The notes under the pieces: generated by a model
What the model saw: the letters and a program-made list of their open reading frames with translations, nothing else
Database searches by the model: none
What the model was told of the DNA's origin: nothing
Part shown: positions 24,800-38,936 of the stretch, piece by piece
Position numbering within the stretch: the first letter of the stretch is position 1
How the letters are laid out: each line of letters starts with the position of its first letter
NCBI GenBank assembly: GCA_964016885.1
Contig: OZ024743.1
Span: forward strand, 159,712,001 to 159,776,000
DNA length: 64,000 nucleotides
Source of the DNA: Eledone cirrhosa
Taxonomy: Eukaryota
Direction: 5' to 3'
Program-made: the position numbers and the translations under genes

Positions 24800-27700
24800 T
24801 AATGCTTTCTTTATTAATCACAAGGGTTTACATAAAGTAAGACATTAAGGACAGTACAGGACAATACAGGACGGTACAAATGGGCATTTCTGCGTGTAAA
24901 AAAAAACACAGTGGGTGTAGCAAAAAAGAAAGAATTCCCAAAAGGGGGGAGTCTTCCGAGGGCTATCGTGGAGAAAACCCATTAAAAAAGCCACGGTGAC
25001 CCTGGCCACCAGGGCAAGTGCTCTCTCTCAGTTTTCCAGCTTCAATTTACAGGCACATACACAGCGTAAACCCATGCACAGTCAGGCGGTAGTAGATGAC
25101 AGTCAGACCCAGTCAGGCGGTAGTAGATGACAGACGCGATTAACGCGTTAGCTACCTCTGCTCGACCTTTCAGGGATAGCTTTCTCTCCGCCCATTTCTG
25201 GGTGAGAGAAGCCACCCTGCTCGTCACCTCGTCCCAGTTTTTGTCCGTGTGGAGGTCCGGACCGAACCAGACTCCTAGCAATTTAACCGGTCCGTCCGTC
25301 CAGCGCCCGACCACGCTGCTGGACGGCATGGACTTGCCTCTCCAGGTGCCGAGCTGAAGGCCCACCGACTTTTCATGGTTGATCATTGCTCCTGTCACCG
25401 CTTCGTATTCTCTTAGTGTAGTGCCGGTCGCCTCGACGTGTTTGCCGTTCGACAGCACTACGGTGACATCGTCTGCATATGCTGAAACGGATCTTCCGCA
25501 TCCTAGTTAGCGCGGGACCCCCTCAACGTCTCCAGTTTGTGCAGTAGTGGCTCGAGAGTCAATACGTACAAGAGGGACGAGACGGGACATCCTTGGCGGA
25601 TCGAGCGCATGATGCTCAACGGTTCCGAAAGGTGACCGTTCAGTCTCACTACAGAGCAGATGTCGGTGTGCATGGCAGCGATCCAATCTCTGAAGACGAG
25701 CCCAAAGCCAGCCGCCCTCAGGACTGCCGCCAGATAACGATGGTCGACCCTATCAAAAGCTTTCAACTGATCTAAATTGATCAAGGACCCACCCGTGCCA
25801 GGTTCCCTAGCTACACTCTCCACGACATATCGCATGAGGTGGAGGTTGTCGTGGATGGATCTGTCGGGAATGGCGCAAGACTGCGCCTCTCCCACCAGAC
25901 CACCAACGACAAGCGCCTACCTCTTTGCTAGCACCTTGGCCAAACTCTTGAACTTTGCGTTCAGCAGAGTTATGGGCCTGAAATTATTTACGTTATACCC
26001 CTTGTTCGGATCCTTTCACAGCAGCGCCACCTCTTCCCGGCTCACAGAGCCAGGAATTCTCCCGTTCTGCTGCCAGTTGCAGTAGACGTCCGCCAAGAGG
26101 CCTCCGAACAAGTGTGGCATCTTTACATACAGTTCATAGGGCAGACCATCCAAACCAGGCGATTTACCCCTTGTGCAGCCAGTCATTGCCTCCCGTACGT
26201 CAGCTGCTGTTATCGGTTTTTCGCAACACTCCGCCTCAGTGGCCGAGAGCCGCGGCAGTCCGTCGATGTAGACACTAAAGTCCATCCCTCGACCCGGCCC
26301 GCCGCTATCCCCGAACAGCTGAGCGAAGTGTCGCTGAAAAGCTTCACACATTTGCCCGAGATCGAGTAGTATGCGCCCGTCGTGGTTCACCAAAGACCGG
26401 ATCGTGGCTTTGTTGTCACAACGCGCCTCCGAACGGCTTTCTTCCCCTCGTGTCTGAGAGTACGCACCCTAGCTCTGATACGCAGCCTTCGTGCCTTGCA
26501 TTGAAGAATTGGTCAAGGGCCAATTTCGCCGCAATTACGTCGGTCGCGATGCCTTTACTAAGCGCCTCGTCTAATTTTCTGACTAGTTCGCCCTCTGCTC
26601 TATTTTTCTCTATTGCTAAATCCTTACTATACCTAATGGACTCTATTGTAATCGGTCATTTCAAGCTAACCACCATTTGTAGTTGACGATGGCCCCCGTC
26701 AAGCCCGCTTAACTATTTCGCTAATCCAGTCTCTGTAGGCCTTGTGTGATGTTAATGACGCGTTTAGCTTCCAGTAGCCGGGTCCTCGTCTATGAAGCCT
26801 ATCTAAGTCAAACTCACAGGTCACGAATTTGCGGTCCGTGTAGTCGTTGATTTTGAAATATGGACAGCAGATGCTAGACCTATCTATTTCCCTACAAAAT
26901 ACCCTATCTAGATATGATCTGGATGACCCGATTCGGTTTGTCCAAGTCCACATTGGCACATTCGGGAAATCCAGACGGTACCTGTGAAACAGTTGAAACC
27001 GTCTGAGCAGGTTTGCGAGGCTTTTACACCCTCCTCCCTTATCCGCTAATCCCACACAGTCCCAGCGTGCGTCTAAGATCCCGTTCCAGTTGCCCACTAA
27101 CACTAAAGAGCGGTACGTTCACAGAAAGGTCTGCAGACGCCGGAAGAAATCATACCGCCCTGCTGCTGTCGGGGCATAGACGGTCACTAGCCTGAAAACT
27201 TGCGCGCCTCCGCTGGTCACATCCAGCAATACCAACTTACCTTCTGGGTACAGGAAGATGGCTCGTATGGCGAGATCCAAACCTCTCCGAAAAAAGCACA
27301 GCAACACCTCCCCCCAATCCAGGCCGATGGGAGATGCGTACACATCATAACCGCGAAGATCGGTGCGAAGGCCCGTGCTTCGGAGATTCTGGTCTCGCTG
27401 ATGGCCACCACATCTTTGTTTAGTGACCCGAGGTCGTGGAGCAGGTGGCCCTGCTTCCATGACGCCCTCCGACCACGCGCATTTATGCTGCCTATTCTCA
27501 GTGAGTTCATGTTGAAAAGGAGTGGAAAAAGATGGGAAAGACCACTTACCTCACTTCTCGTAGGGAGAAGCTGGTTTTTCCATCCTTCTCACAGCTTGTG
27601 GCCTCCTCCGGGAGGATTTCCTTATAAATCCTCCTGGAGAGTGTTTGTCGGAAGTCTCCGATGTACTTGGGGAATTTTTATTTTAGCGTCGTGTACGTTT

Positions 27701-29580
27701 TCTGTGTGATGCGAGTGATTTGTATGTGTGGAGGTGGTGTGAATTTTTGGGGTGTTGTGTAGTTTCTTTCTTGGATGCCGGTGTTGTATTGGATGTAGTG
27801 TAATAATTGGTTGTTGTTCAAAGTTAATGATGTGTAGTGTGTATCGTTTTGGTTGCTTTGTTTGTTTGCATTTGTTGTGGGTTTGTTTCTATTTCGCTTG
27901 TTGGTGTTTTTTGTGGTATTGTTGATGGTGGTGTTGGGGTTAATTATGGTGATGGTGTTGGTGTTGGTGGTGTTGGGCCTGGTGATCCTGGTGCGGGTGG
28001 TGACATAGCTGTCTTAACTTTTTTGTTAGTTTGTTTGATTGTTTCGTCATGCATTTCGTTTTTGGAGGGCGAAGGAATGGGATTTTTTTCTTTTTGGGGT
28101 TCCTTTTTTTTTATTTTTTCCACATGCAGTTTTCCACTCCTACTCGTCGTCACAATCTGTCTTCAGTTGAGATAGGTCAGGGAGTGGGAAATCTTCCACA
28201 GGCTTTGGTTTTGGTTGTGGCGTGGTGGATGGTGGAAGCGCTGGTGCAGTTGATGGTGGTGGCGTTGGTTTTGCTACTGTTGCTGCTACATTTGCTGCGG
28301 TTGTTGCTTCTACAGTTTCTTCTGTTGTTGCTGCTACAGCCGCTGCTGGTTTTGATGGTTGAGTCACTGGGGTGGGTAGGAGAGGTGGCCTCAACTTTTT
28401 AGCCTCAGGGCAGAAAGCCTTTAGGTGGCCTCGTTCGCCACAAACCACACATCTAGGCCTTCTACCCTCAACGATTACGATGAGGTGGCTGCCGTCATTG
28501 AGGTATATCACCTCTGTAATTTCCTGTATGTTTTTTTGGTCCTCTTGGATCAGGCGTTCCATTCCATATCCGGACCAGTTCTCCTGCTTTACTTGTATCA
28601 CCTCAATTACTTTAGTGTCGGCCTCGATGTCGGTGAAGACGGCAGCCATTAGCTAGGGAATTTCAATGGCCGGCGGAACCTGGGTCATGCTGATCCTCAC
28701 CAGCCTCTGACCACAATAGCTTGGGACTAGTGTTAACTCGTCACTTTTTAATGGGGCGATGGAGTGCTCTCTGGCTTCCTCTGAGGTTCTAAAGAACACG
28801 TCCACGATTCCGTATTTTTGCCCATGTCTGATGTTGATTTTTTTAGCCCACACATGACCCAAAGCCTTTTGTATCTGGGACTTGGATACCCGTTCCACTC
28901 GGGGCATTTTAATATTTATCGTCCGATATGGCACCGTGCATAGGCGCCGATGCACCATGGTATTAGCTTTGACCTTGTAACCCAATTTTTTTACCATTCG
29001 CTTGTCTTCATTCAATTCTTCCTTGCTTACCTCCACCGTTTCATTTCTGTTTGCCTCTTTAGCAAATGACACATTTGGTTCTGCGCCGGTGTTGATGTTG
29101 TTGTTGTTATTATTGTTTTTAGTTTCAGTTGTGGTGGTGGTGGTGTTGTCAATGGCGTTCTGCTTGGGAGAGTCGATTTTCGGAGAATCCATTTCGATAT
29201 CAAGAGAAAATAATTTATTTTTTATTTTAGTTGTTGCTGTAGTGATGGTGGTATCAGTGGTATTGGATGTTCTTTTTGACATTGTGGTGGTGGGGATGGC
29301 TGCTTTAACACCTGTAGACGTTGGTAATGGCAGAAAATCAATGTTTGCATGAGACAAATCTAAATAATTGCCTATGCGATTATTTTATTCTGTTGTCTGT
29401 ATTTTGCTTATCGCTGTTATTGTTAGAGTTGGTGTGCTAATTATTTAAAAAATAAGTGTTCTGTGTTGTTGTCTTTTTCACGATGTTTGTGGTGGTGTTT
29501 GTTGTATCAATTTTTGTAACCCTCCTCTCAACTTTTACGCCGTTGTCAGACGACATCAGACATATTGCTGGGGGGCGTGG
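24800..29580 (-). mobile_element. L1-Tx1 LINE (ORF1 with zinc knuckle; ORF2 APE-RT), internally deleted near the 3' end
   Basis: CVVCGERGHLKAFC, SINARG, GYWKLN, KSPGLDGLPYE, KAFDRVDH, RQGCP and AYADD. Confidence 0.93.
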
Positions 29581-29809
29581 GTCAGCCATGTTTTTTTTTT
29601 AAAGTAAAATGTTCAAATATTGTTAAAATATTTTCGCCAAAAGGCCCAAATACTATACTTTTCCTTGCACAGGGCAAAGACCAAGGTCTTATATCCCTTA
29701 TACAACAAGAAAAATTAAACAACAAATAATTATAACATAAATAAAGCGACTTACAGGGAGCAAGCAAAAAGACGTCCGAACAACCAATAATAATAATAAT
29801 AATAATAAT

Positions 29810-30116
29810 AATGCTTTCTTTATTGACCACAAGGGTTGACATAAAGTATAACATTAAGGACCCACAGAACGGTACAGGACGGTACAAATGGGCATTTCTG
29901 CGTGTAAAGAAAAAACGAAAACAAAGGAAATAACAAAAAAGGAAACAAAGATAAATTCCCTTATATGGGGGAGACTTCCGAGGATCACTCGTGGAGAAAG
30001 CCCATTAAAAAATCCACGTTGACCCTGACCACCCGGGCACGTGCCCTCTCCTAGTTTTCAACTTCCAATATACAGGCGCATACCCAGAGAAGGCCCATTC
30101 ACTCGGGCCATGCTTA
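29810..30116 (-). mobile_element. Tx1 LINE 3' end (short truncated copy)
   Basis: Matches 24801-25060 and 57825-57945; abuts (TAA)n. Confidence 0.85.
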
Positions 30117-30269
30117 TTAATTTTCAAAATACGAAATTCGCTTAACAAATAATATATATATATATCTACATAAATGAATGGAAAACATAGTATAAAGTTA
30201 AAAGGAAGTGACAATTAAAAGGAAATAAGTAGAAAATAGAAAAGATATATATATACTGTTGGTATGGAA

Positions 30270-32200
30270 GTTTTGTAAGTGCTTTGTTCGGTTTCTGTGT
30301 GTTGTGTTCTTGTTTCCTTTCTGTGATGTATATGTTGTGGTTGTCCAGTTTTCTGCTGGTGCTCCGATAACTGTTCTTTGTAGGCTTTATTCTACATACA
30401 AAAATATTTGCAATATTGTGGTATAATAAGTTCACTTGTGTGTATTTGTGTAATGTTGTCTCCCCACCGTTGCGGTAATTTATTTGGCGGCTGGGAATTG
30501 TTATAATGTCGATTGGGGCATCGGCAATCATAGAATATTCCTGATTCTATACGGAGACATTTAGCAATGTAAGTGCAGTAGCTTTGTGGTATTTGAATAT
30601 ATAACCTAATGTGTACGTTAGTCGTTGGAAGATACTTTGGCTTTGCGTACATAAGTGTGTGTGTTTGTGCATAACCTATGCCCGTCAATAATGTGATTAT
30701 GTAGAGGCATATGATGTGTTATGCTGCTGATGGTTTGTGTACATCTATCCTAGTATATACCTATTTCTAGGTGCTGTGGTGGTATAATAATAGTGTATAT
30801 GACGTAATGTGTATGTTACTCAATGATCTGTCCACGCTATGTTAGTCATACTGTTTAAAGTTCGTTTAAGGAAATCGTATGGATAATGTATTAGAACTAT
30901 ATTTGTTTAAGATCATCCAGTTTTCACAACATTATTGTACGGTCAGTTGGGTGTGTGTTGGATATAACGTTAGCAAGCTATTGCCCAGTTACCAGTATGT
31001 TGTTGATGTGAGTCGTTTTGTGTGCCCCTTCTCTTCTCGTAGACCTGTAACTCCTAAGGGAGTAGCAGGGACACCGTATTGATATACAGCGTTTCTAGGG
31101 TATTTTGTAAACTCCAGGTCTAAATAAAGCAGATTTCTTCAAGATATGGAAGTGAGAAAGAGATATTGAAGAAGAATCGTTTCCGGCACGAGACTGGTAT
31201 CTTTTATCGTTCTTATGTGGATGGAAGGCAAAATTGACCCCGGTGGGATTTGAACTCAAGGAGGAGAGATTCGGAAGAAATACCACAAAGCATTGTATCC
31301 GTTATTCTAATGACACTGACGAGTTGCGGCCTATAAACAATAATGAAGCAACGAATTTGTTCTTTCTGTCGGGTAGTTGTTCCTTAGTAAGAGTATGTAT
31401 ATATGGTATTCGCGGAGCAAACGTTTCTGTGAAGGCGTTCCACCGTGTATGTCCCAGATAGTCAATTGTTACTTGTACTTTTCTGCTTCATATACAATAT
31501 GCGTCTCGATAGTCTCATTGCCATTATTCGGACCGTGTTTCTGAAGCTTATAAAATCTTGTTATGAATTCGCAAACTGTGAGAGCTATGTAATATTTTTT
31601 AAGGTGTTTGTTATACGTTCCGTTTATATACAATTTGTTTCTGGCATTTATTATTCAGTGGGCATCTATTTCGGCCGGTGCAATCACATTGCCTAGTTCT
31701 GTTTACTTTTTGATTGGTGTGCATTCTACTAGAGATTGGTTTAACTAACTTAGAAGACGTGTTGTTTCGTACGACGTCATACTGTAAGAGGATTGGCGGC
31801 TTTATATGCTCAAAATCATACGATAAAAGTGATGCGATGGAAAGTGTTTTAGGAAGTGTTAAGAAGCTTCTAACTATTAGTGGGAAGGATTGAACTAGTT
31901 GCAGCGAAACCTGCTATGTTCTGTGTTCGTAGGAATATAGTAGATATGTCCCTCATCGAATCTGCTTTGTTTTGGGGTTGCGTTGTAGTATGGTGGGAGC
32001 TTGTGAAATGAATACTCTTTGGCGGATTGGATGGCATTCAAAGTGAAATATTTGGTCAATATGTTGGTATTGGTCTCCTCTTGATATGATGAAATGTGTC
32101 GCTCAATTTTCGTTAACGATAAAGACGTACAGTCTACATGTTGAGGTTTATCCAGGAAGTTAGTGCCCTAAAGGAACGTTCCTATGATTATTTTGAATCC
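30270..32200 (-). mobile_element. Highly degenerate, deleted Penelope-like element (Poseidon-like)
   Basis: LMYAKPKY..NVHIRL resembles LYG.PK.HK..VP.RP; YRSTSRKL...ERKQEH resembles GIY-YIG; extent uncertain. Confidence 0.4.
31185..31335 (-). mobile_element. Degenerate tRNA-derived SINE
   Basis: gagttcaaatcccaccggggtcaattttgccttccatcc core. Confidence 0.75.
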
Positions 32201-32300
32201 GAGTGCTTGAAGAATTATTTTACCCAGTCCAAGCTTCTGAGATTGTATCCAGTGAGGGTCACTATATTATCGATCCTGTATAGGCTACCTTCATATAGTA

Positions 32301-32406
<106 letters not shown>

Positions 32407-32720
32407 TATATATATTCGTTCCATATTTTCATTTTACTTTCCTCTTCAGTCTCATCAGAGATTCTAATGGGACCTCATAACTTACACTCAAACTTTAATA
32501 ACATTAACGAAGATACACTTTTGAAATAAGCTGAAGCATGTTATATTCAGCCTATTTCAACCTGCTATCAAAATTATAGCTTAACCATAGGGCAGAAAAT
32601 CCTTATAATATTTACACTCTACTTTTCGTCACTATCTTGAATAATAGTCTTACCTCTATTAGCCAGTAACATTCAACATACATATACATATACAAAAATA
32701 GAGTCACACACAGTGAGTCG

Positions 32721-32760
<40 letters not shown>

Positions 32761-33046
32761 AATATATATATATATATAATATATATATATGCATAATTAT
32801 ACGCATTTTTACAAAAACACACATATGCACTTACATACACCTACACACTTAGACAAAGACAAATTCGGAAGCAATCACAAACACAAATATATATGCCATT
32901 TATAGCATATATTTCTAAATATATATATGTATATATTTATCTATCATCAACCCATCTGTCTATCTACTTTCTATCTTTTTATCCATCTCTTCCTTTCTGT
33001 ATAATGTGTAAATGCATTTATATAGACACACACACTCACATATATT

Positions 33047-33254
<208 letters not shown>

Positions 33255-33517
33255 ATAGTATTAAGTATACTATTTATGGTTATGCAAATACAAAAACCTT
33301 TTGTAGTTATATATATTTTTACAAACCCTAAATAGTGGTAGGCAGTAATGAATGTTGACCCACAATATTTGCATATGTATCTGTATCTCTCTTGGGTGAA
33401 AAGGAGGTCATATAAGTGTTCATTCAATAATAAATTGCTCCGAAGAATCCAAACCTCGGTTTGGAGGAAACAGTTGTAAGCATACAAATGTTTTGAACAG
33501 TTCTTTGATTCTTATAA

Positions 33518-33555
<38 letters not shown>

Positions 33556-33834
33556 GTTGCATAAGTTGATGGATTAAAAAACACACCGAGATATATGTTC
33601 TTAATATCTTTAAAATATACAGGGGAAAATATTTTCTTTATCTAGTGGACTCAAATTAATTTGATTGCATCCGACTCCAGTGTTTATAGAAATATAGGTT
33701 TTCAGCAATACATAAAAATACAGACACGCACACACACAAACACACACACTCACACGCACACACACGCACACGCATATATATATATATATATATATACATA
33801 CATTAAATATGTGTATATATATATTTATATATAT

Positions 33835-33907
<73 letters not shown>

Positions 33908-33942
33908 GTACATTAAATATGTATATATATATATATATATAT

Positions 33943-34072
33943 ATAGGAACGAGTTAGACCCCGACGGCTGAGCTCAAGCCGTTTCGACGGCTAATTCTGG
34001 ACTAGAATTCTAGTCCAGAATTAGCCGTCGAAACGGCTTGATCTCAGCCGTCGGGGTCCTACTCGTTCCTAT
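33943..34072. repeat. 130-bp near-perfect spacerless palindrome
   Basis: Centre GAA|TTC at 34007/34008; arms differ at only a few positions. Confidence 0.95.
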
Positions 34073-35475
34073 TACCCATTCTACTACACTAAGTATTGAG
34101 TACTTTCGTGCGTTATGGCCCACCTGGTTCCTTACCACATTTCCTTCGTTATATATATATATATATATATATACATATATGTATGTGTCTGTGTTTGAAA
34201 ATCAATAATACAAAACATTGTTGACGTTGATAAACGTAACCTATATATTTGCCAAGTTCTCAGAATATGATGTCTCATATAATTCATACATGAAAATAAT
34301 AGCGAACATGCGTTTATATATATATGTGTGTGTGTGTGTATATATAATAATATATTTATTATATTATACAAGCCCACATTATACATATGCGTTAATGTTT
34401 ATGGTATCTGCGTATGCGCTCAGGACGTTACGTAATTTTTAATTTACGTGTATGTTCATCATTCATATGCAAAATCGAAATTGTATATATCTAGTTTTAG
34501 AGAATATGTTTCTAATGGTAAGACGAACATCATAATAAATACAAGATTATGAAAAATCTAATTCTTCGAGATGAAAGACCGCATACGGATTAACATATGG
34601 CAAAGCTATCCACACGAGTAAATAGATGTAAATATATTCATGTTGGTGCAAACATATATGCATATATATTTACGTACATATGTACACATGTGTGCATCGA
34701 TACATATAAACGTACTAACATGCATACATATTTACATACATTCATTGATAGTGAGGTAGATATATAGATACATACATACCTACATACATACACACATACA
34801 TGCATGCTTGATGGCAGATAGCTCGTGAGCAGTTATGGCTTTTTAAACCAGATCAGCTTGAGTGCTGTGGGTTTTTTAAATTGTTGTAAAATGTCAGACA
34901 CCTTAAATCGATTTTCAGATCTGAATAGCGGGGGTATCATTACTCAAGAACAAGAAAGCATGTATTTGATTTGTATATATACCCATTCGCTTTTAGCATT
35001 ATTCTGAAATGAACATACTAATTTGCATATAATTAGCACTCGTATTGGTAATTATTTAAGATATATATATAGTGTTAAGTGCCCTAGCTGCTGAAATGTA
35101 TGATAAAGTTATAACTGTATAAATACACTTATTACGCTTAGATATCCTCACAAAGATCATCTCTGGCTAACTTACATCTATTTGTTTCTAACACACGAAA
35201 CATCCCCGATTTCGACTTGATGAGATAGAGATTATAAAGAAAAGCGAATTATATAGTACCCTCGACTTCAAATATTGCACAACTTTCGAACACTATAAAA
35301 AGTGTATTGATACCGACGAATATGATCAGATGACCCAACAGCTGGGGTTGAAGCTACCCACCTCAATATATTCTGCGTCAGAACATCTACCCGATTGTGC
35401 ACATCTATGAACCATTTACATTGTCTATAAGAATCTACATGATGCTATATGGACCTTCATAAATTGCATCATATA

Positions 35476-35658
35476 CGGTGGTTTGGTTGGCAGTATCGGT
35501 AGAGAGTCGGACGCCAAGCCTTGCAGCATAGTGTTTACGGCCTGAGTTCAAATCGTACCAGGGTTGACTTTGCCTTCCATCCTTACGGGTTCGATAAAAT
35601 AAAGTGCCAGTAATGTACTGGGGTAATTGCTGGCATTGTTCTAAAAGTAGAAACAATT
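35476..35658 (+). mobile_element. tRNA-derived SINE (family 1)
   Basis: Matches 10401-10586. Confidence 0.88.
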
Positions 35659-36059
35659 ACGTTTTGGTATACAGGTATGTATCTTATGTGTTATCCTTTA
35701 TATCTTATTTGATATTTTCAATATTATTTTTCATATATAATTTGTAAATTTCTGATATTACGTGTCCCCACTTGTGCTCCTAATTACATACCTTTTCAAA
35801 TAATTACTTACATTTATGCATTTAATTTATTTTATATTTCATATTGTAAGTGTTATATTATTTTCCATATATAATCTGTATTCATAGATATTATGCGACA
35901 CAATTTGACCCAATACCACCTATCGATTTCTTTAATTAATTATTTTAAACTCTGCATTTATATTTAATACCTATTATAATTATAATTATCTACTCTGCAT
36001 AATTTATGTACATCTACCATTTATTACGAGTGTATTTAATCTATTGTGCCATGAAGGCT

Positions 36060-37240
36060 TCTTTTAATGTTTCTTTGCTCAGATTCTAACGTAATAAGGG
36101 ATAGAAAGATCTTAGCTAATGGTGTGGCCACTTCCATATTATATGGTGGGTTATACCAACAAATGCGACGGGATCTATTTCTTCTAAGTCTATTCTCGTA
36201 CTCTGTATATGCTACCTTATCGACAAATCCACTCCGAGCAAGAGCTTCATTGTAATAAGTGGAATGGTCGTTGAAAATATGCTCGTTAGTAGATAGACGG
36301 GACAGTCTCAACGAAACGTTTCTTACCAGGTTCTTGGTTATGCTGGCAGGATGGTTGGAATGCTTACTTATGTAATTAAGCGTATCATTCGGCTTTCTAT
36401 ACGGGTAATACAAGCCATTCGATAAATTGAGGGTAACGTCGAGGTAATTAACGACAGAGAGATTGGCCTCAACCTGTATAGAGAGGTTGAAGCCTTTAAA
36501 GAAGGCTGTGAGTTCTTTTCTGAACCCGTCGCAAGCACGAGGTCCGCACTTAGCCATGGTCAAAAGACCATCATCACGGTACAAACCACCACCCGCATTG
36601 GGGAATTCGTCCTTGATAGAGAAAAGAAGGAAAAGACCGATACGATCAGTAACCTCGTTGAATGGGGGACTATTGAATTTTTTAATCCAAATAGAGTCGT
36701 CCATATTAATCACCGACTTACTGGCATTGAGGATGACATCAACTTCGAAATCCTTAACCACTGTGAGTGTTTTAGCGAAATTGATAGCTCTAAGGAGGAG
36801 TGGTAAAGTGATGGAGGAGGAGTAATTGTTGAGTCGAATTGGATAAAACGGCAATGTTCCTTGTTGCATATGCCTTGAACCAATCAATCACCGCGAAAGA
36901 ATTGTTCCGCAGTGCAAGAGGGGCCAAACTTCTAATTTCAGGTGTAATTCTATCAAGAGTCCTTTTACTAAGTCTACCTATATCGGACTTCGTAAAGTTA
37001 CTAAGCTGAATAGAGGGGTTGTTCGGAAAATTGGATTTGTGATCCTTCAAGGTAAAGTGGGAGAAATAGGGTCCAGAGGTTCGGTCCGGTCCAAGATGTT
37101 GAGATCAGAGGTGATTTTAAACCCAGCATCGTTGATTTCATTGATGACGCACCGATTAGTTTCACGGTAATCCTTAGTTACAGCATTATGTAGTAGTTGA
37201 TGGTAAGTACTGCGCTCCACGTTTTTTCCCGTTCTTTGCC
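36060..37240 (-). mobile_element. Penelope-like element RT (Neptune-like), 3'-truncated
   Basis: LKDHKSNF, GGGLYRDDGL, NYLDVTLNL, PYRKPND, SNHP and WYNPPY. Confidence 0.9.
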
Positions 37241-37504
37241 AGGGAACGTTTCCACGAACCAAAGTATCGTCTTCCTATCTTCCTCCGGTTGCAATGTTTT
37301 TTGAAATATCCACTTCTGCGTTTACAGATTGACTTTGTTAGTTTCAGAAGATCCTATCAAGGGTGAAAGCAGCGAAGCAGCGATTCTTTGCTTAAACTTT
37401 AACCTGTTATTTTAATAAATATTTGCTCTACGGTTCTTATATATTTGATATATATTATCGTTATCTAGCACTCTTTGGATGTTAGTCTTCAAATTTATTA
37501 TTAT

Positions 37505-37563
<59 letters not shown>

Positions 37564-37630
37564 TGATAAATGGCGTGCTCCGTTGTTGAGAATATGAACA
37601 TATGAATAAAAATAGACTGAGAAACAAGAA

Positions 37631-37730
37631 TGTCCGTCATCAGTAGCCTGCTCATTATCATTGGTATTTCTTCGCATTAAAGACAAGTCTATGAATCTTG
37701 TGGGCTTAAGTCCGACAAATCAAATGTCGA
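37631..37730 (-). ncRNA. Partial third copy of the permuted hammerhead-like motif
   Basis: ttaatgcgaa-GAAA-tacc-aatgat-aatgag-c-aggcta-CTGATGA-cggac, with the same spacing as copies A and B. Confidence 0.55.
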
Positions 37731-37934
37731 GAAGAAACAGACGCGTCCATGTATGTATATTGTGTGTGTATGTGTATGTGGTTTGTGTGTGTGTGTGTGT
37801 GTGTGTGTAGCATAAAATACTATTTAATCAAGAAATATGATTGATGTATTTATTCATTTTACACGAGAGTATACAGTTTTTTATTTATGACTGTCCAAGC
37901 AATATCATTCCCAGTTGTTTTGCCAAATTTCCAA

Positions 37935-37936
<2 letters not shown>

Positions 37937-37998
<62 letters not shown>
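37937..37998. repeat. (CT)n microsatellite
   Basis: Directly visible. Confidence 0.97.
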
Positions 37999-38001
<3 letters not shown>

Positions 38002-38874
38002 ACTCACTCACTTTCTCTCAATCATTCTCGCTCCCTCTTTCTCGCTATATATATATATAATTTTCAGTTTCTGCCTGACCGGCAACCGCTCTGTATAATC
38101 AGTTCCTGATTATTACTAGAATTCTATAAGAATCAAAGATTCATGATTTTCACCAAGCAGGTGGAGGACTTGCCTTTGATAAGTACCAATCAGTACGAAA
38201 CAGAGCTCTGTCAGTTTTATCTCCCCTGTTTGCTGAAAATTTAAAGTAAGTGAAACTATTACTACTCTAAAACAATAGCATAAGGTCTTCGAAATGCTTT
38301 TAATGAAGCATACAGTGTATTGCAAAATACACACTATATATATATATACATTTATTTTTTGTATTTTTTTTTCTTATTTATTTATTTACTTATTCCTGCT
38401 TCCTTGCTACTTCCCAGTTCTGTGTGTACATTTTTGAGTGCATATATATCTGTGTATATGTATGTGTATGTATTTATGTTCCTGTCCGTATTTCTTTGTA
38501 GACGCAAATACGCTTAAGTTTGAAAGTATACGTCTACGTACTATTAGGTATATTCGCGTAGTTCAGTGTGTGCATGTTTACGTTCTGGATAATTATATTT
38601 TTATATACATTGTTTTTATTTGTTTCCCCTATTTTCTTTTTTGCCCGTTTTTTCAGCATCACTTTCATATTTCCTAAATCTTGTTTTCAAATCCATATTT
38701 AATGAAAACACCATGTTTTTTATTCATTCTTACGACAGAAGACAGACACAAAATCTGTCTTCAAGGAACCACTTGTAAATGAAATAATTATCTTATGTTG
38801 TTTATTACATAACCAATAAGCTCTGTAGCCTACATAGAGCACTCTTGTTTCCTCTACCTTTCTGACGGAAATAC

Positions 38875-38936
<62 letters not shown>

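Noticed and set aside
32415-32470. Minus-strand CTGATGA and CTGAAGA words
   Set aside because: No properly closed stem II, UH or stem I.
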